A stretch of 64,000 nucleotides of DNA from a virus. The notes below the pieces were generated by a model, which was given only the letters and a program-made list of their open reading frames with translations, did not search any database and had not been told where the DNA came from. The translations under genes and the position numbers were made by a program. The stretch spans positions 1 through 64,000 of the IMG/VR virus record IMGVR_UViG_3300032087_002150; one strand, written 5' to 3'. Positions 1-10,128 of the stretch are shown here, one piece after another; position 1 is the stretch's first letter, and every line of letters begins with the position of its first letter.

Positions 1-68
1 CCCCCCCCCCCCCCCCCCCCCCCCCACGACAGTGCACACTCTTTCCCTACACGACGCTCTTCCGATCT
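1..68 (+). other. Sequencing artefact: poly-C, 8-nt index, Illumina TruSeq read-1 adapter
   Basis: ACACTCTTTCCCTACACGACGCTCTTCCGATCT at 36-68, preceded by CAC+GACAGTGC and 25 C (reverse complement of two-colour poly-G). Confidence 0.98.
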
Positions 69-470
69 CGGAGTGAGAGGTAATTATTCGCTCAACTAAC
101 GTAGAGCCAGTGCGAGGCAAACCTATTATAAAAATAGCTTGTTCGCCGCGCTCCATACCAGCTTGACTGTGACTAAACAGCTCAGCTTTATACACCTCTT
201 CAATTCGCCTCATGAATCTAACATCTTCAAATACATCATATTGGAATCTCTTTCGATATAGGGCTGCACCTTTAGACCGCCAACTAAAACTTTGCTGATA
301 ATTCTTACAGTCTTCAAGTTCTTTAGCTAGTGCATAACATCCCATAACTTTCGCCAAAGAGCTTTCTGGTTGTCGCTCGATAAATTCCTTCAATTGTTCA
401 ATATGATTGCTTGCAAGCGATTGCTTAAATAGGTTAGATCGCAGAAAGATGGCTTCGTGATGGTCTGGGT
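69..470 (-). other. Foreign bacterial TPR/sulfotransferase gene fragment (probable chimeric join)
   Basis: Reads ...AIFIIGLPRTGSTLVERIITSHSE (PAPS-binding motif) into the adapter; ~10 RGCY sites in 410 bp whereas the phage DNA avoids them. Confidence 0.75.
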
Positions 471-711
471 CAAGCTCTAATACTCGCGGATGTGCTTTCG
501 GTTCTTTGCCAGCACTTCGCTTCGCGCGAGCGAGCGCGAGACGCTCTACCGCTGCCTCACGTTGCTCCGGAGTCATAGGTTTGCGCTTGCGCTTAACCTT
601 CTTGGGAGTGGTATCCACGCCCATCTGTTCGAGCATAGACTTTTTCTTTGCTTCCATAGTTTTTGCTCTTTTTTGAGCAGGTGTTAGCAAATGGTCCATA
701 TCATTGCTCAT
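471..711 (-). CDS. N-terminal part of a basic phage hypothetical protein (truncated by the join; not in ORF track)
   Basis: ATG at 711: MSNDMDHLLTPAQKRAKTMEAKKK...KRKPMTPEQREAAVERLALARAKR; frame stays open to the window start. Confidence 0.65.
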
Positions 712-982
712 TGCGCTTTCCTCCGTTGTACTCGGTTAACTGTCTGTGGTCAAACTCAGTCCATCTAGAAGCATCGTTGTCCCAGACTTGGATAATATTT
801 TTATCCTTGTTTTCCTCTGGGCGGTATGCTGTTGTGTCCCAACTTTTTAGAGTTGCGTTCAACTCAACTTCCTCGCCTTCTTTGAGATACTTTAAGTTGA
901 CAACGCCATTTTTAAGATGCCTCATGATAACAGGATACATGGGTCTCGCGAAAGAAAATGGGGGTATTGGTTTCTTTTTCAT
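701..982 (-). CDS. Small SH3/WYL-like hypothetical protein
   Basis: 93 aa; ELNATL...IQVWDNDASRW pattern typical of T4-like WYL-like proteins. Confidence 0.5.
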   Translation of the reverse strand: MKKKPIPPFSFARPMYPVIMRHLKNGVVNLKYLKEGEEVELNATLKSWDTTAYRPEENKDKNIIQVWDNDASRWTEFDHRQLTEYNGGKRNEQ

Positions 983-1503
983 TTGTAGAAAATGTGATTA
1001 TCAATCACAGTTGTCCTATTAAGTGAATCTGCCCAAAAGGGATGTACATAGTCTGCGTGATACCAAAGAGCACCATCGGTGAAGTCTGTCCAGTAGGGTG
1101 ATGACTGTGCCTCAAGTACAGTCTCTGCTATACGCAATGACTGCTCCCATGTAACACTGTCGACTGGTTTGTCCGACTTACCGTCACAGTACCAACTAAA
1201 CTGGCACTTGTTGCGCAAAGGGACTTCTCTGCCCTGAGACAAATGCCACTCGCTGAGGTGTCCCTGATAAATGACGCCGCAAACTGAATCAGGAAAGTTT
1301 CTATCAACCACTCGATTCAGTACAACTTGAGATACGGCAATCTTGCCAGCGAGTGACTGATTACCTGCCTCAAAATAAATGTTTTGTGCCATACAAAACC
1401 TTGCTCCGTCTTCATCAGAACTTATTGCTGGCGCTGACCAAACAGCGATGACTAGCAATGAGAAAATGAAAAACGCAGTCAATAATGTTGGTCGAGGATC
1501 CAT
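979..1503 (-). CDS. SleB-like cell wall hydrolase (Hydrolase_2)
   Basis: N-terminal TM; CMAQNIYFEA, VVLNRV, FPDSVCGVIYQ, CQFSWYCDG, ALWYHA, HIFY; start moved to TAATG overlap. Confidence 0.92.
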   Translation of the reverse strand: MDPRPTLLTAFFIFSLLVIAVWSAPAISSDEDGARFCMAQNIYFEAGNQSLAGKIAVSQVVLNRVVDRNFPDSVCGVIYQGHLSEWHLSQGREVPLRNKCQFSWYCDGKSDKPVDSVTWEQSLRIAETVLEAQSSPYWTDFTDGALWYHADYVHPFWADSLNRTTVIDNHIFYK

Positions 1504-2009
1504 TACGCTGCCTCCGCAGGAGCGTATCGCTCCAACCAAGCAGGAAGATCAGCGAAAGCAACCACATCGCCATTGATCATCTCATAGGAGACACCGTTAG
1601 ACACGACCTCACCGTCGTCCATGACGTCATGTGCGTCAAACTGCTTTGCGATTTCCTTGCGCAAGTAACCGAACTCCGTGTTGTTGGTAGTGCGATGAAA
1701 AGAGACGCGATCTTCCTTGACCGTGCCATAATAGGGAGCATCCCACTCAGCACAGTGGTCGGCAACGTTGAAGTCGACATCATCGACAACAGTCTCGCCT
1801 ATTGAGACCTCCTCGAAGTACTCGCTCTTGCTAGTGCAAGCAGCTTCGACACGCTCCCACCACTTGGAATCCATGTTCTCCTCGATGGAGCAGGTGAAAA
1901 TATAGGTGTTGCCACCCTTGGGTTTCCAGTACTGCGGGCACTCGCCAGTACCGTCCCAGTCATGGGCACCATAGTTTTCATAGTGTTGAGTTTGGATAAC
2001 TGCAAACAT
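1503..2009 (-). CDS. Hypothetical early protein
   Basis: TQHYENYGAHDWDG..CPQYWKPKGG motif seen in marine T4-like phages; downstream of early promoter. Confidence 0.75.
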   Translation of the reverse strand: MFAVIQTQHYENYGAHDWDGTGECPQYWKPKGGNTYIFTCSIEENMDSKWWERVEAACTSKSEYFEEVSIGETVVDDVDFNVADHCAEWDAPYYGTVKEDRVSFHRTTNNTEFGYLRKEIAKQFDAHDVMDDGEVVSNGVSYEMINGDVVAFADLPAWLERYAPAEAA

Positions 2010-2010
2010 C

Positions 2011-2211
2011 TTACCACTCCTTGAAGTTGTTGATTGCTTCGTTCGCTTGGAAACCTGCCATGTACTCAGCGATCTCTCGCTTGGTCATGTTTTCCTCAAG
2101 CACTTCCTCACTGGTGTAAGTATCACCTTTGAAGAAGTGAGGGCGAGGACCACGCTGGTAGTAAGAGTCAGCAGCGCCACGATCGTAAGGACCACCATGT
2201 CTTTTGTTCAT
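2011..2211 (-). CDS. Hypothetical early protein
   Basis: HGGPYDRGAADSYY motif; AAGGA SD; first gene after promoter. Confidence 0.75.
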   Translation of the reverse strand: MNKRHGGPYDRGAADSYYQRGPRPHFFKGDTYTSEEVLEENMTKREIAEYMAGFQANEAINNFKEW

Positions 2212-2241
2212 TGCTTTGTTCCTTTATCAACCTATGAGACT

Positions 2242-2302
2242 ATTATGCCTAAAATTGAGTGAAAAAGCAAATCGAAAAAACTATAATAAAATCAATAACT
2301 TA
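2242..2302 (-). promoter_or_regulatory. Early sigma70 promoter with upstream IHF box
   Basis: TTGCTT-17-CATAAT; AATCAATAACTTA (WATCAANNNNTTR) at 2290-2302. Confidence 0.8.
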
Positions 2303-2929
2303 CGTTTTGGTTATCACTTCCACGTTCTCTGGGAGCGATATTTTAGCGTTGGGGTGCTTATGGTATAGGACGAATTTGACCTCAGGAAACTCCTTGAAGA
2401 TGTTGAACCAAATCGGTCTCCAGATATCAAGAAGTCGGTGGTTGTTGTTATCGGATCTGTCACTATTTAGGACGGTGTCAGTGTACGATCTCATATTACG
2501 GTCAAAAATTGAATCGAAACCATACATATGGATTTCGTCTGGTTTGTGTTTACGAGCACTGTAATGCGCCGCCATATGTCCACAGTTGAAATTTGTGGCA
2601 GCTGTTGCAGCGTCGGGTCCACAGTATTTTGGAACATCAGTATAAAACTCTCGAATGTGTCCAGAGTGTTTCATGTAAAACGCTGGGTTTTGATCGCACC
2701 AAATCTTAGGGCGATTACCTAACACCCAATAATATTGATCGAGTACGATAGAACCCTCGGTCAATGCTTGCATCATTTTAAAGTCAACCATCACCGTAGC
2801 ATACACATTATGTACTTCAAAGGGTGGTTGATTACAAATTAAAAGTTTACCATCACGCTCATAACGCCACTTCTCAGGCATCATCTGCGCCATGTCGCCA
2901 TTACCAAGTATGTGTACTTTCTTAGTCAT
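2300..2929 (-). CDS. Glycosyltransferase-like (GT29/Maf-like fold)
   Basis: ILGNG...LICN...NCGH...IHMYGFD motifs. Confidence 0.55.
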   Translation of the reverse strand: MTKKVHILGNGDMAQMMPEKWRYERDGKLLICNQPPFEVHNVYATVMVDFKMMQALTEGSIVLDQYYWVLGNRPKIWCDQNPAFYMKHSGHIREFYTDVPKYCGPDAATAATNFNCGHMAAHYSARKHKPDEIHMYGFDSIFDRNMRSYTDTVLNSDRSDNNNHRLLDIWRPIWFNIFKEFPEVKFVLYHKHPNAKISLPENVEVITKT

Positions 2930-3573
2930 AGTCCAATTTGTTTTTTAATCTCAAGTTTGCCTTTCTGTCCAGTCCAGTGCATAATCACTGGATTTTTAGG
3001 GACATTGTTATCAATAATGTCGATACGAAGCACATTAAACTTATGCGGTGCTTCACAAATATGTATAGTCTTTTGCATCAGGTCGCCACCGAGCAAAGAA
3101 TGAAGTGCTTCTTGATCTCCAACGTGCCTACCAGTTTTACATTCCGCATACCACTGCTCAAGTATCAGCGGACTGTTTTGAAAGGCGACTACTCCGGAGT
3201 TGTACCAGTGACCCAACTCTGGTCTGCGCTTGCTCCATGGATGGTCAATCACCATTGTGAGTTTATTAGGTTCTACCCAGTTGAAAATACTAGAAGGATC
3301 TGCCCGAACTTCGCAGTCAGTATCCAACCAGCAATAACTTCCTTGGTACAAAGTGCGAAGTTTGAGCATTGCTTCTACTTTGGTAAACCAACCATTGGAC
3401 TTACACTTCATAACGTGTACTGAGTTTTCTTGAGCGAACTCAAGCATTCTTTCAGTCATACCAAAGTCAGCGATGACCAAGTCTTCATCACAATGATGAT
3501 GAAAGTTTTTCACAAACCAAGGTAACTGCCATTCGGTATTTGAGTCACATCCTGTGAGGAAATATTTTCTCAT
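2926..3573 (-). CDS. GT-A glycosyltransferase
   Basis: WLDTD (DxD), YNSGV, GDQEAL, IMHWTG. Confidence 0.8.
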   Translation of the reverse strand: MRKYFLTGCDSNTEWQLPWFVKNFHHHCDEDLVIADFGMTERMLEFAQENSVHVMKCKSNGWFTKVEAMLKLRTLYQGSYCWLDTDCEVRADPSSIFNWVEPNKLTMVIDHPWSKRRPELGHWYNSGVVAFQNSPLILEQWYAECKTGRHVGDQEALHSLLGGDLMQKTIHICEAPHKFNVLRIDIIDNNVPKNPVIMHWTGQKGKLEIKKQIGL

Positions 3574-4220
3574 AGTATTTTATAACTCTTTTCATCTTTC
3601 TGGTAACTATGCTTGGCGAGGCAACCTGTAACAGTTTGTATACTTGTGAAACTATCCCTCGCTTCAACTGGCCATGGATAATATTCTTTGATGAACTCAA
3701 AGTGCTTATTACAAAGGTACAGATCAGTCGGACATGCTCTGGAAGTAGCACGGCGAATCAATATATCCGCAGCATCAGGAGATACCCCATACGCATGCGC
3801 GCCAGGAAGGTATTCCTTAGAACACAACCGATTAACGCCGAGTTGAGGTGGAGTACGAAACTGACCATAACTAGGTGCCCCATAAGAAAGAACACCCTGT
3901 ACAGGAATGTTTGGGATTGCGTCAACGAAGTATGCATCATGTTCAAGTACAACCAAAGATTGCTTCTCTTTAAAACATTTTTTCCACAAGCGATAATGTG
4001 AGGTAAAAGCGGCGATGCAATTATCGAAGCGTGAATAAACTTCTTTAAAGTCTACTGTGCTAATGCCTTCCTCTAGTAAATACTGAGCAGGATTATCTGC
4101 TGGGGTGGTAGCAGGAAACATCTCAACCTCAAACCCAACTCGCTCAGCAGACTTTATACAGCGTTCCGCTGATTTAACAGACTCAGGTAAGTCCATTATT
4201 GTGATCACATATCCTTTCAT
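3570..4220 (-). CDS. Glycosyltransferase family 25-like
   Basis: SHYRLWKKC, VLEHDA, GAHAY; start MKGYVIT. Confidence 0.8.
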   Translation of the reverse strand: MKGYVITIMDLPESVKSAERCIKSAERVGFEVEMFPATTPADNPAQYLLEEGISTVDFKEVYSRFDNCIAAFTSHYRLWKKCFKEKQSLVVLEHDAYFVDAIPNIPVQGVLSYGAPSYGQFRTPPQLGVNRLCSKEYLPGAHAYGVSPDAADILIRRATSRACPTDLYLCNKHFEFIKEYYPWPVEARDSFTSIQTVTGCLAKHSYQKDEKSYKIL

Positions 4221-4222
4221 AG

Positions 4223-4951
4223 TCAAATTGCCGTGGTTGTAGATACACCTTGCTCTACGTTGGTGTAGTATGGGTACACTACTTTTAAGTCCATAGGAAA
4301 TAGTTGACGGCACATAACAGCATCGTTCGGCCACATTCCTATACGTTCAACTTCCGCAAGTAACATTTTAGCAAACGCAGGTTTAATCGCGTATGCGCTG
4401 TTTCCAGCAAGTCCCATCGGTAAAGGAGGATCAGTCGGTTCGTCGATGATGGGTACTCGGTGTATGCCTTCCCCACACGATGCGACTAAATCATGGAACT
4501 TACGTCCCTTGCGAGTATTACCTCTCGGGTCATTCAACCCAACTGCACCCCAATTTTTTATATCCAAGTCTGACGGATCAAACTTTCGGATAAATCTTGC
4601 ATCGTGCTCAAGCACGAGAATAGGTTCATCTAAATCGACACATTTTTTCCAAAGGCGAAAATGACTCAAGGCGCAGGCAATAACCCTCCTCTGGTCTTTC
4701 GCTACATATGCCTTCTTATACAAACCAGTAGACATATCTATACATTCTCCGTGGTACGAACTTGGCCAACTCCAAGGTATCTCTTTACCGAATACTTCAA
4801 TACAATCTTCTTTAGTTGTATCTGGTAATGACGCTCTAAAAGTAGTTGTGTCTTGTAGATCGGTGTATTCTGCAACTGAAGCAATGGCACGAACTGCTCT
4901 GGCAAGAGAGTCCGGATCGTCCAACATTGTTATGACAAAAACCTTATTCAT
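4223..4951 (-). CDS. Glycosyltransferase family 25-like
   Basis: CALSHFRLWKKC, VLEHDA, GNSAY, PND. Confidence 0.8.
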   Translation of the reverse strand: MNKVFVITMLDDPDSLARAVRAIASVAEYTDLQDTTTFRASLPDTTKEDCIEVFGKEIPWSWPSSYHGECIDMSTGLYKKAYVAKDQRRVIACALSHFRLWKKCVDLDEPILVLEHDARFIRKFDPSDLDIKNWGAVGLNDPRGNTRKGRKFHDLVASCGEGIHRVPIIDEPTDPPLPMGLAGNSAYAIKPAFAKMLLAEVERIGMWPNDAVMCRQLFPMDLKVVYPYYTNVEQGVSTTTAI

Positions 4952-5823
4952 ATTTTGTTATAGACCTTTCTATCGTCTATGCACCAGATGGGCATGTCTG
5001 GAATTGCCTCAGCGATTCCCCGCGACTGTTTCACACTACTCTCAACATACATTGAAATATATGTTTTAAACTGATTGATTTTACGAACTTTGTGTTGTAC
5101 ATGCCCTTCCCTTTCATCCTCTTTCATTATCAATTCTTTATACTTAACATTATGTTTATCTAGCCACTCCTCTGTGTAAGGACGGTTTCTTTCCAATCTG
5201 TTAGTGATAATAAATCCAATTTCTTTAGAAGGTATAAACTTGGGTTGAGCATTTAGGTAATACTCTATTAATCTCTTACCCTTATCATTTTCATGACTCG
5301 TAGGGTCGCGGCAAAGAACACCATCCATGTCAAATGCCATATTGTTAACACGCCCTATCTTCCAAATATTCCATTCAAACACACGAGGTTTCGGGCAAAC
5401 TCCGGAAAAAATTTCTGTTTTCTGTTCCTTTTTTTCAGATGTCCAAACACAATATCTTACGATTTCATGATTCGGCCATGCGTTTTGTAATTTTCTACGT
5501 GCTAGATCCATGGATTCGCCTCTACTCAACGTATCGTCGACGAGCAAGACTCTAGCATTTTCCGGAACGTCAACTGTACCGTTATGAGTAATTGCAATTC
5601 TTTTTTTAGTGAATAACTCAAGGTCAGCATAAGGTATACCACCCATCATGATAGAGAGATTCACTGCTGGTGTTATACCAGACCTTGGCACGCCCACTAT
5701 GAAGTCATATGGTCCTTTACTTTTTATGAGAGGCAGTGTGTCCGTGATAGATTGAAATAAATCGTCATAGGTGCGAAACCGTATTCTTTTACCAGGAGCA
5801 ACATGCATATGCTTATCAATCAT
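4948..5823 (-). CDS. Phosphoribosyltransferase fused to HAD phosphatase
   Basis: VGVPRSG and VLLVDDTLSRGES (PRPP loop); FDMDGVLC and ITNR (HAD). Confidence 0.8.
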   Translation of the reverse strand: MIDKHMHVAPGKRIRFRTYDDLFQSITDTLPLIKSKGPYDFIVGVPRSGITPAVNLSIMMGGIPYADLELFTKKRIAITHNGTVDVPENARVLLVDDTLSRGESMDLARRKLQNAWPNHEIVRYCVWTSEKKEQKTEIFSGVCPKPRVFEWNIWKIGRVNNMAFDMDGVLCRDPTSHENDKGKRLIEYYLNAQPKFIPSKEIGFIITNRLERNRPYTEEWLDKHNVKYKELIMKEDEREGHVQHKVRKINQFKTYISMYVESSVKQSRGIAEAIPDMPIWCIDDRKVYNKI

Positions 5824-6425
5824 GCTTTAGTACCTATCACGCCAAGGTTTATCCAACCATGTTTTTTAATATTATCAGGAACAGTATTTTCGCGCTCTTT
5901 CATAACTCTAACATCAACTAGACCTGCTTCTTTGAACAATTCAGTTAGAAGTTTTGGCGTTAGCATAGATCGATGTAGGTGGTAATCGAAGTCTTTGTTC
6001 CTGTCAAGGGTGTAGTTATAAAGTTTTCCCTGTAACCATAATTGTGGATGACTTTTGGTCAAATTTGAACGCCACCCCAAATTTAGATGTTGCGATATTT
6101 CCTTACCCTCTTCCCATTCTAGAAGGCATTTCATAACCTTAGCACCATCAACTGTATGGACTTCTAACTTCCCACCTGGTTTTAAAATCCTTGTCCAACC
6201 TTTTATAGTATCGTGTAGATCATACCAATGCATATGTTCTATACAATGGGAAGAATATACATGCTCGAACTCTTCTCCAAATCTACTGAGATCTCTGGCG
6301 TCTCCTACATGGTTAGAGTCGCTCCCATCTGAACGATTTTCTTTTCCAAGATTAAAGGTTTCCCATCCAGCACCCAGTGCACGGTACGACCCTTTTCCTG
6401 GTCCTATTTCTAATTTTCTTCCCAT
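5820..6425 (-). CDS. Class I SAM methyltransferase
   Basis: LEIGPG, YSSHCIEH, RILKPGG. Confidence 0.85.
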   Translation of the reverse strand: MGRKLEIGPGKGSYRALGAGWETFNLGKENRSDGSDSNHVGDARDLSRFGEEFEHVYSSHCIEHMHWYDLHDTIKGWTRILKPGGKLEVHTVDGAKVMKCLLEWEEGKEISQHLNLGWRSNLTKSHPQLWLQGKLYNYTLDRNKDFDYHLHRSMLTPKLLTELFKEAGLVDVRVMKERENTVPDNIKKHGWINLGVIGTKA

Positions 6426-7096
6426 GATCCTATGCTCATTTTTAAATTTTTTGCCATACCAAAATAATCTGGGGCGGCATATTGTAATCGAACATTGTAA
6501 CTGTTAGTCGTCATATCGCCTTGCTCGCAACCGCTCTGTTTTACAGCATCAATTAATTTGCGCGCACCAGCAGGTGTGATCGCATATGACCCAAGTCCTG
6601 GTGGTATGTAAGCGCCAATCCAGTCGTTATCAAAATAATATGTCAAGTTTGAGCGATAAGAATGCACCCCTTCCTTAAAATCATATTTCTTTACGTGATC
6701 AAAACAGGGTTGATTGAATCCACTCACTGGGTTTAATATTAGAAACTCATCAAACTCAGGCGAATCCCATTCCCTAACGCACCGAGCGTCGTGCTCCAAG
6801 CAAACAATGGGTTCGTTTAACTCCAAACATTTATTCCAGAGACGAACTTGATTCGTTAAACATGCTTTCTTAGTCCAATAAACATCGCTTGACTCTGCGC
6901 GAAAACGTTCTATTCTAGACCTTGGTTTATCTACAAGAAGATAAGGGTATTTCGTAGTCCATTTTTTAACAGTGTCTTTCGTTGCTCCGACAAATAGTTC
7001 TGCGGAGAAGTTTTTACCCTCGCAAGAACTTAGTGCCTCCTCAGCATATCTTTCGGACTTATCATGCCCCTGCACATATATGATATAGGTTTTCAT
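6410..7096 (-). CDS. Glycosyltransferase family 25-like
   Basis: RLWNKC, CLEHDA, YAITPAGARKL. Confidence 0.78.
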   Translation of the reverse strand: MKTYIIYVQGHDKSERYAEEALSSCEGKNFSAELFVGATKDTVKKWTTKYPYLLVDKPRSRIERFRAESSDVYWTKKACLTNQVRLWNKCLELNEPIVCLEHDARCVREWDSPEFDEFLILNPVSGFNQPCFDHVKKYDFKEGVHSYRSNLTYYFDNDWIGAYIPPGLGSYAITPAGARKLIDAVKQSGCEQGDMTTNSYNVRLQYAAPDYFGMAKNLKMSIGSWEEN

Positions 7097-7809
7097 TTCT
7101 TCGCCCAGTAATTGCGCGTTGCACCAGTATCGAAATCATAACCCCAAAAGTCAATATCTTCTTTGTACCAGTCGGCAATTAGTTGAATAGTATGCGGCGT
7201 GTAAAGATCTTTATATGTGCCTTTATTTAACGCAGTGACATTCCTCGCGCGAGTCATCTTAGGTATATTGAAATATGCCTCTAGATCTTTATTCAGTTCT
7301 TCAAATCGAATAATGTCGCAACGGAGATTACCTTTAGTGTCGGTAACATAGTCTAAGGTTGGTCCCCAATATCGAATAGCACGATGATGTAAATATTCCT
7401 GTCCAATCCATTGATCGTACTCTTCGAGGAAATGCTCGAAAGAATTAATTTTATATTTCCCAACAGGATACTTCTTCTCTACTTCAATAACTTTCTTTGC
7501 GAAGAAGTAACGGGAAACAGTCCTATCCCATGGGTTACGCGCAACTGCGAAAGCATCCATAGAATTGCGAAAAGAAGGTTTAACGTCGCGCCAACGAGCA
7601 TGTCCAATCCCAAGTTCCGCTTCAGTCGGCGCACTACTGAGATTCTCAATCTCAGTCATCTTATTAACCATGTTTTCTGCGTATTCTTGTGAGGCAAGAT
7701 GATGAAGTGCATGAATGCGAGAAAACTTGCCTTTTAACGCATCAGAAAATAAAATAGTACATCCTGCGTTTTTGGGAATATGAATAAAAAGTTTTTCAGT
7801 GCCGAACAT
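7093..7809 (-). CDS. Sulfotransferase (Sulfotransfer_2)
   Basis: FIHIPKNAG, RNPWDRTVS. Confidence 0.85.
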   Translation of the reverse strand: MFGTEKLFIHIPKNAGCTILFSDALKGKFSRIHALHHLASQEYAENMVNKMTEIENLSSAPTEAELGIGHARWRDVKPSFRNSMDAFAVARNPWDRTVSRYFFAKKVIEVEKKYPVGKYKINSFEHFLEEYDQWIGQEYLHHRAIRYWGPTLDYVTDTKGNLRCDIIRFEELNKDLEAYFNIPKMTRARNVTALNKGTYKDLYTPHTIQLIADWYKEDIDFWGYDFDTGATRNYWAKK

Positions 7810-7811
7810 AG

Positions 7812-8534
7812 TCAATCCAAAATATGATGTTTCGGTTGCCAACCGTATTGTTTTAGTATGGTAGGATCAGCGCAGGTGACTTCTCGTTCTCCTGTTACTT
7901 GCCTTGTAGGTAAGTTATTTCCTGGCCAAACTTTATCGGCAAGTTGCCTAACAGAAACTGGTTCACCGTTGCCAACGTCAATCGCAACGTGTTGCTTCAA
8001 CTCATTAAAGTTTTGTATACAGATATCTATAGCGTCACAAACATCCTCCACATGAGTCCAATCGCGAAGGTGGTTAGTGATATAAGTCACATCTTTTTTT
8101 AACAACTTATCATACAGCATATCAGTACGACTATTGGGTCCATAGACTGTATGGAACCTCAACCCTAATGCGTTAGAAGGTGCGATACATTCCATGAACC
8201 ACTTGGTACTGGCGTATGGCGACAACCACCACTCGTAGATAGAAGAGGAAGAGGCATATATAATCGGAATCCGCTGTGCTTCGCACTGCTTAAAGATTAG
8301 TTGTGATGCCTTTACGTTGACATCCCAAAACTCAGTTGGGATCTCGTGAGAACGACGAACACCTGCGAGTGCCGCAAGGTGTACAACCATGTCATAGTCG
8401 AACATATTGACGTCAAAGTTTCGGATGTCGCCGTCATACTCAAAGATATTATATTTGTCTTTGTACATCCGGAGGAAGTTGCCGCCAATAAATCCTGGGC
8501 GATACCCTCTAGTCCCTGTCAATAATATGTTCAT
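7812..8534 (-). CDS. NAD-dependent nucleotide-sugar epimerase/dehydratase
   Basis: TG...GFIG, HLAA, ASSSSIY, YASTK, LRFHTVYGP. Confidence 0.9.
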   Translation of the reverse strand: MNILLTGTRGYRPGFIGGNFLRMYKDKYNIFEYDGDIRNFDVNMFDYDMVVHLAALAGVRRSHEIPTEFWDVNVKASQLIFKQCEAQRIPIIYASSSSIYEWWLSPYASTKWFMECIAPSNALGLRFHTVYGPNSRTDMLYDKLLKKDVTYITNHLRDWTHVEDVCDAIDICIQNFNELKQHVAIDVGNGEPVSVRQLADKVWPGNNLPTRQVTGEREVTCADPTILKQYGWQPKHHILD

Positions 8535-9328
8535 ATTTTTTCCATCAACGCTTCTACGTTCTCGCCGTTCTGAGGCAACTTATCTTTCAGATAAAAGTGT
8601 ATGAAGTCGCACTTCTCAATGTTATCGCCCCAAAGTGAACCGTAGAGTCCATTGTATTTCCAATCAAGATGCTTAACTGGTATCTTGTCTTTCTTCAACC
8701 AGTAGTTGAGTAGAGTCTGATCGGTGGACCACTTATAGTATCCAACGCCATCAAGCATGTCTTGGAACTCAGGACGCATCAAAAACTCACGTGGCGATTG
8801 TCCACGTAGAAATGGTTTTATAGTTGCAGTATTTAATAGCATCATTCCCATGTTAAAAAACTCAAGACCACCCCAGTCAGAGTATCGCCAACCCGTTATT
8901 TGAGATGTGACCTTTTGATACTGCATATGAGAATAGTTTTTGATCTTGATCGAGTGTTCGCCAGTGATTGGCATATCACACTCGCACACACCACCGAAAG
9001 CATACTCAGGTTCAAGTTCTTTAAAGATACAAGATGCGGTTGGGCGAATGTAGATATCTGCGTCGAGGATCAAAATCTGATCATATTCATCAAAGTAATT
9101 GAACGCATTTTCTTTTTCAAAGATAGGTAGATAACCCAACTTCTTCCAACCGCCACACTTACCTTCGCGATCAGTGCGGAACACATCGGGAGCGATGCGC
9201 AGGATAGGTTGGCGTTGAACGATGTGATCCGCGCCAACCTTCTCAGCATATTCTGCTGCTGACTGAATACAGTGTTCGTAGAGTTTAGATTGTGGTCCAA
9301 CCGCAACCTGATAGATTAACTTTTTCAT
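8531..9328 (-). CDS. GT8-like glycosyltransferase
   Basis: ILDAD, FFNMG, DQTLLN; paralog of next gene. Confidence 0.8.
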   Translation of the reverse strand: MKKLIYQVAVGPQSKLYEHCIQSAAEYAEKVGADHIVQRQPILRIAPDVFRTDREGKCGGWKKLGYLPIFEKENAFNYFDEYDQILILDADIYIRPTASCIFKELEPEYAFGGVCECDMPITGEHSIKIKNYSHMQYQKVTSQITGWRYSDWGGLEFFNMGMMLLNTATIKPFLRGQSPREFLMRPEFQDMLDGVGYYKWSTDQTLLNYWLKKDKIPVKHLDWKYNGLYGSLWGDNIEKCDFIHFYLKDKLPQNGENVEALMEKI

Positions 9329-10128
9329 ATTGTAGCAATTGCTTCTGCCAATTCTTCAATGTTCTCTCCGTTATTAGGCAACTTGTGTCGCATAAAGAAG
9401 TGAACGAAATGCGCTTCGGCAATCTTACCTTTCTCTAGCGCACTAAAAAGTGCATTAAACTTCCAATCAACGTGTTGAATAGACAGGTTGTCTTTCTTCG
9501 CCCAATAGTTTAGCATGATCTGATCAGTTTGCCAGCGGAATGGACCAATGCCGTCTATGAAGTCTCGGAAGTATGTGCGATTCATAAACTGTTTTGGCGT
9601 TGTGTTACCAAGAACCTCAAGCATCTTGTCGCAGTTATAAACGATCATACCTGAGTTAAAGAACTCGCCCCCATGTGGGTGATTGAAGTCCCAGTCAAAC
9701 TGCTTACAAACTGAGTTAGTCAACTGCTCGCGCGAGTAGTTATTAATCTGTCGACTGTATCTTTCGTTTACTGGTAGTTCGCGCTCAAACTGAGCAGCGA
9801 AGTGATAATCGGTACTGACGTCAGTGAATACATCGGGTGCATCAGGTTTGATAAAAATATCTGCGTCGATAACTGCAACTTGGTCATAATCCTTAAAGTG
9901 TTCAAAGACGTTCTCCTTCTCAAAGATTGGCAAGAAACCGCCATACTTTTCGTACGACTCTTTGCTACGTTGCCCAGTAAACGGATCAGGTTTAATCCAT
10001 AACTTCGGTTGAGTTTGTACAATGTGGTCGACGCCAATACTCTCGGCATATGCCTTCACACTCGCAACGCAATATTTGTACAGTTTCGACTGTGGTCCGA
10101 CTGCTACTTGATAGATTGCTCGCTTCAT
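9325..10128 (-). CDS. GT8-like glycosyltransferase
   Basis: VIDAD, FFNSG, DQIMLN; shares IYQVAVGPQSKLY with previous gene. Confidence 0.8.
   Translation of the reverse strand: MKRAIYQVAVGPQSKLYKYCVASVKAYAESIGVDHIVQTQPKLWIKPDPFTGQRSKESYEKYGGFLPIFEKENVFEHFKDYDQVAVIDADIFIKPDAPDVFTDVSTDYHFAAQFERELPVNERYSRQINNYSREQLTNSVCKQFDWDFNHPHGGEFFNSGMIVYNCDKMLEVLGNTTPKQFMNRTYFRDFIDGIGPFRWQTDQIMLNYWAKKDNLSIQHVDWKFNALFSALEKGKIAEAHFVHFFMRHKLPNNGENIEELAEAIATI

Noticed and set aside
1-25. Poly-C as a genome terminus or telomere-like tract
   Set aside because: It adjoins an Illumina adapter and matches the two-colour no-signal artefact
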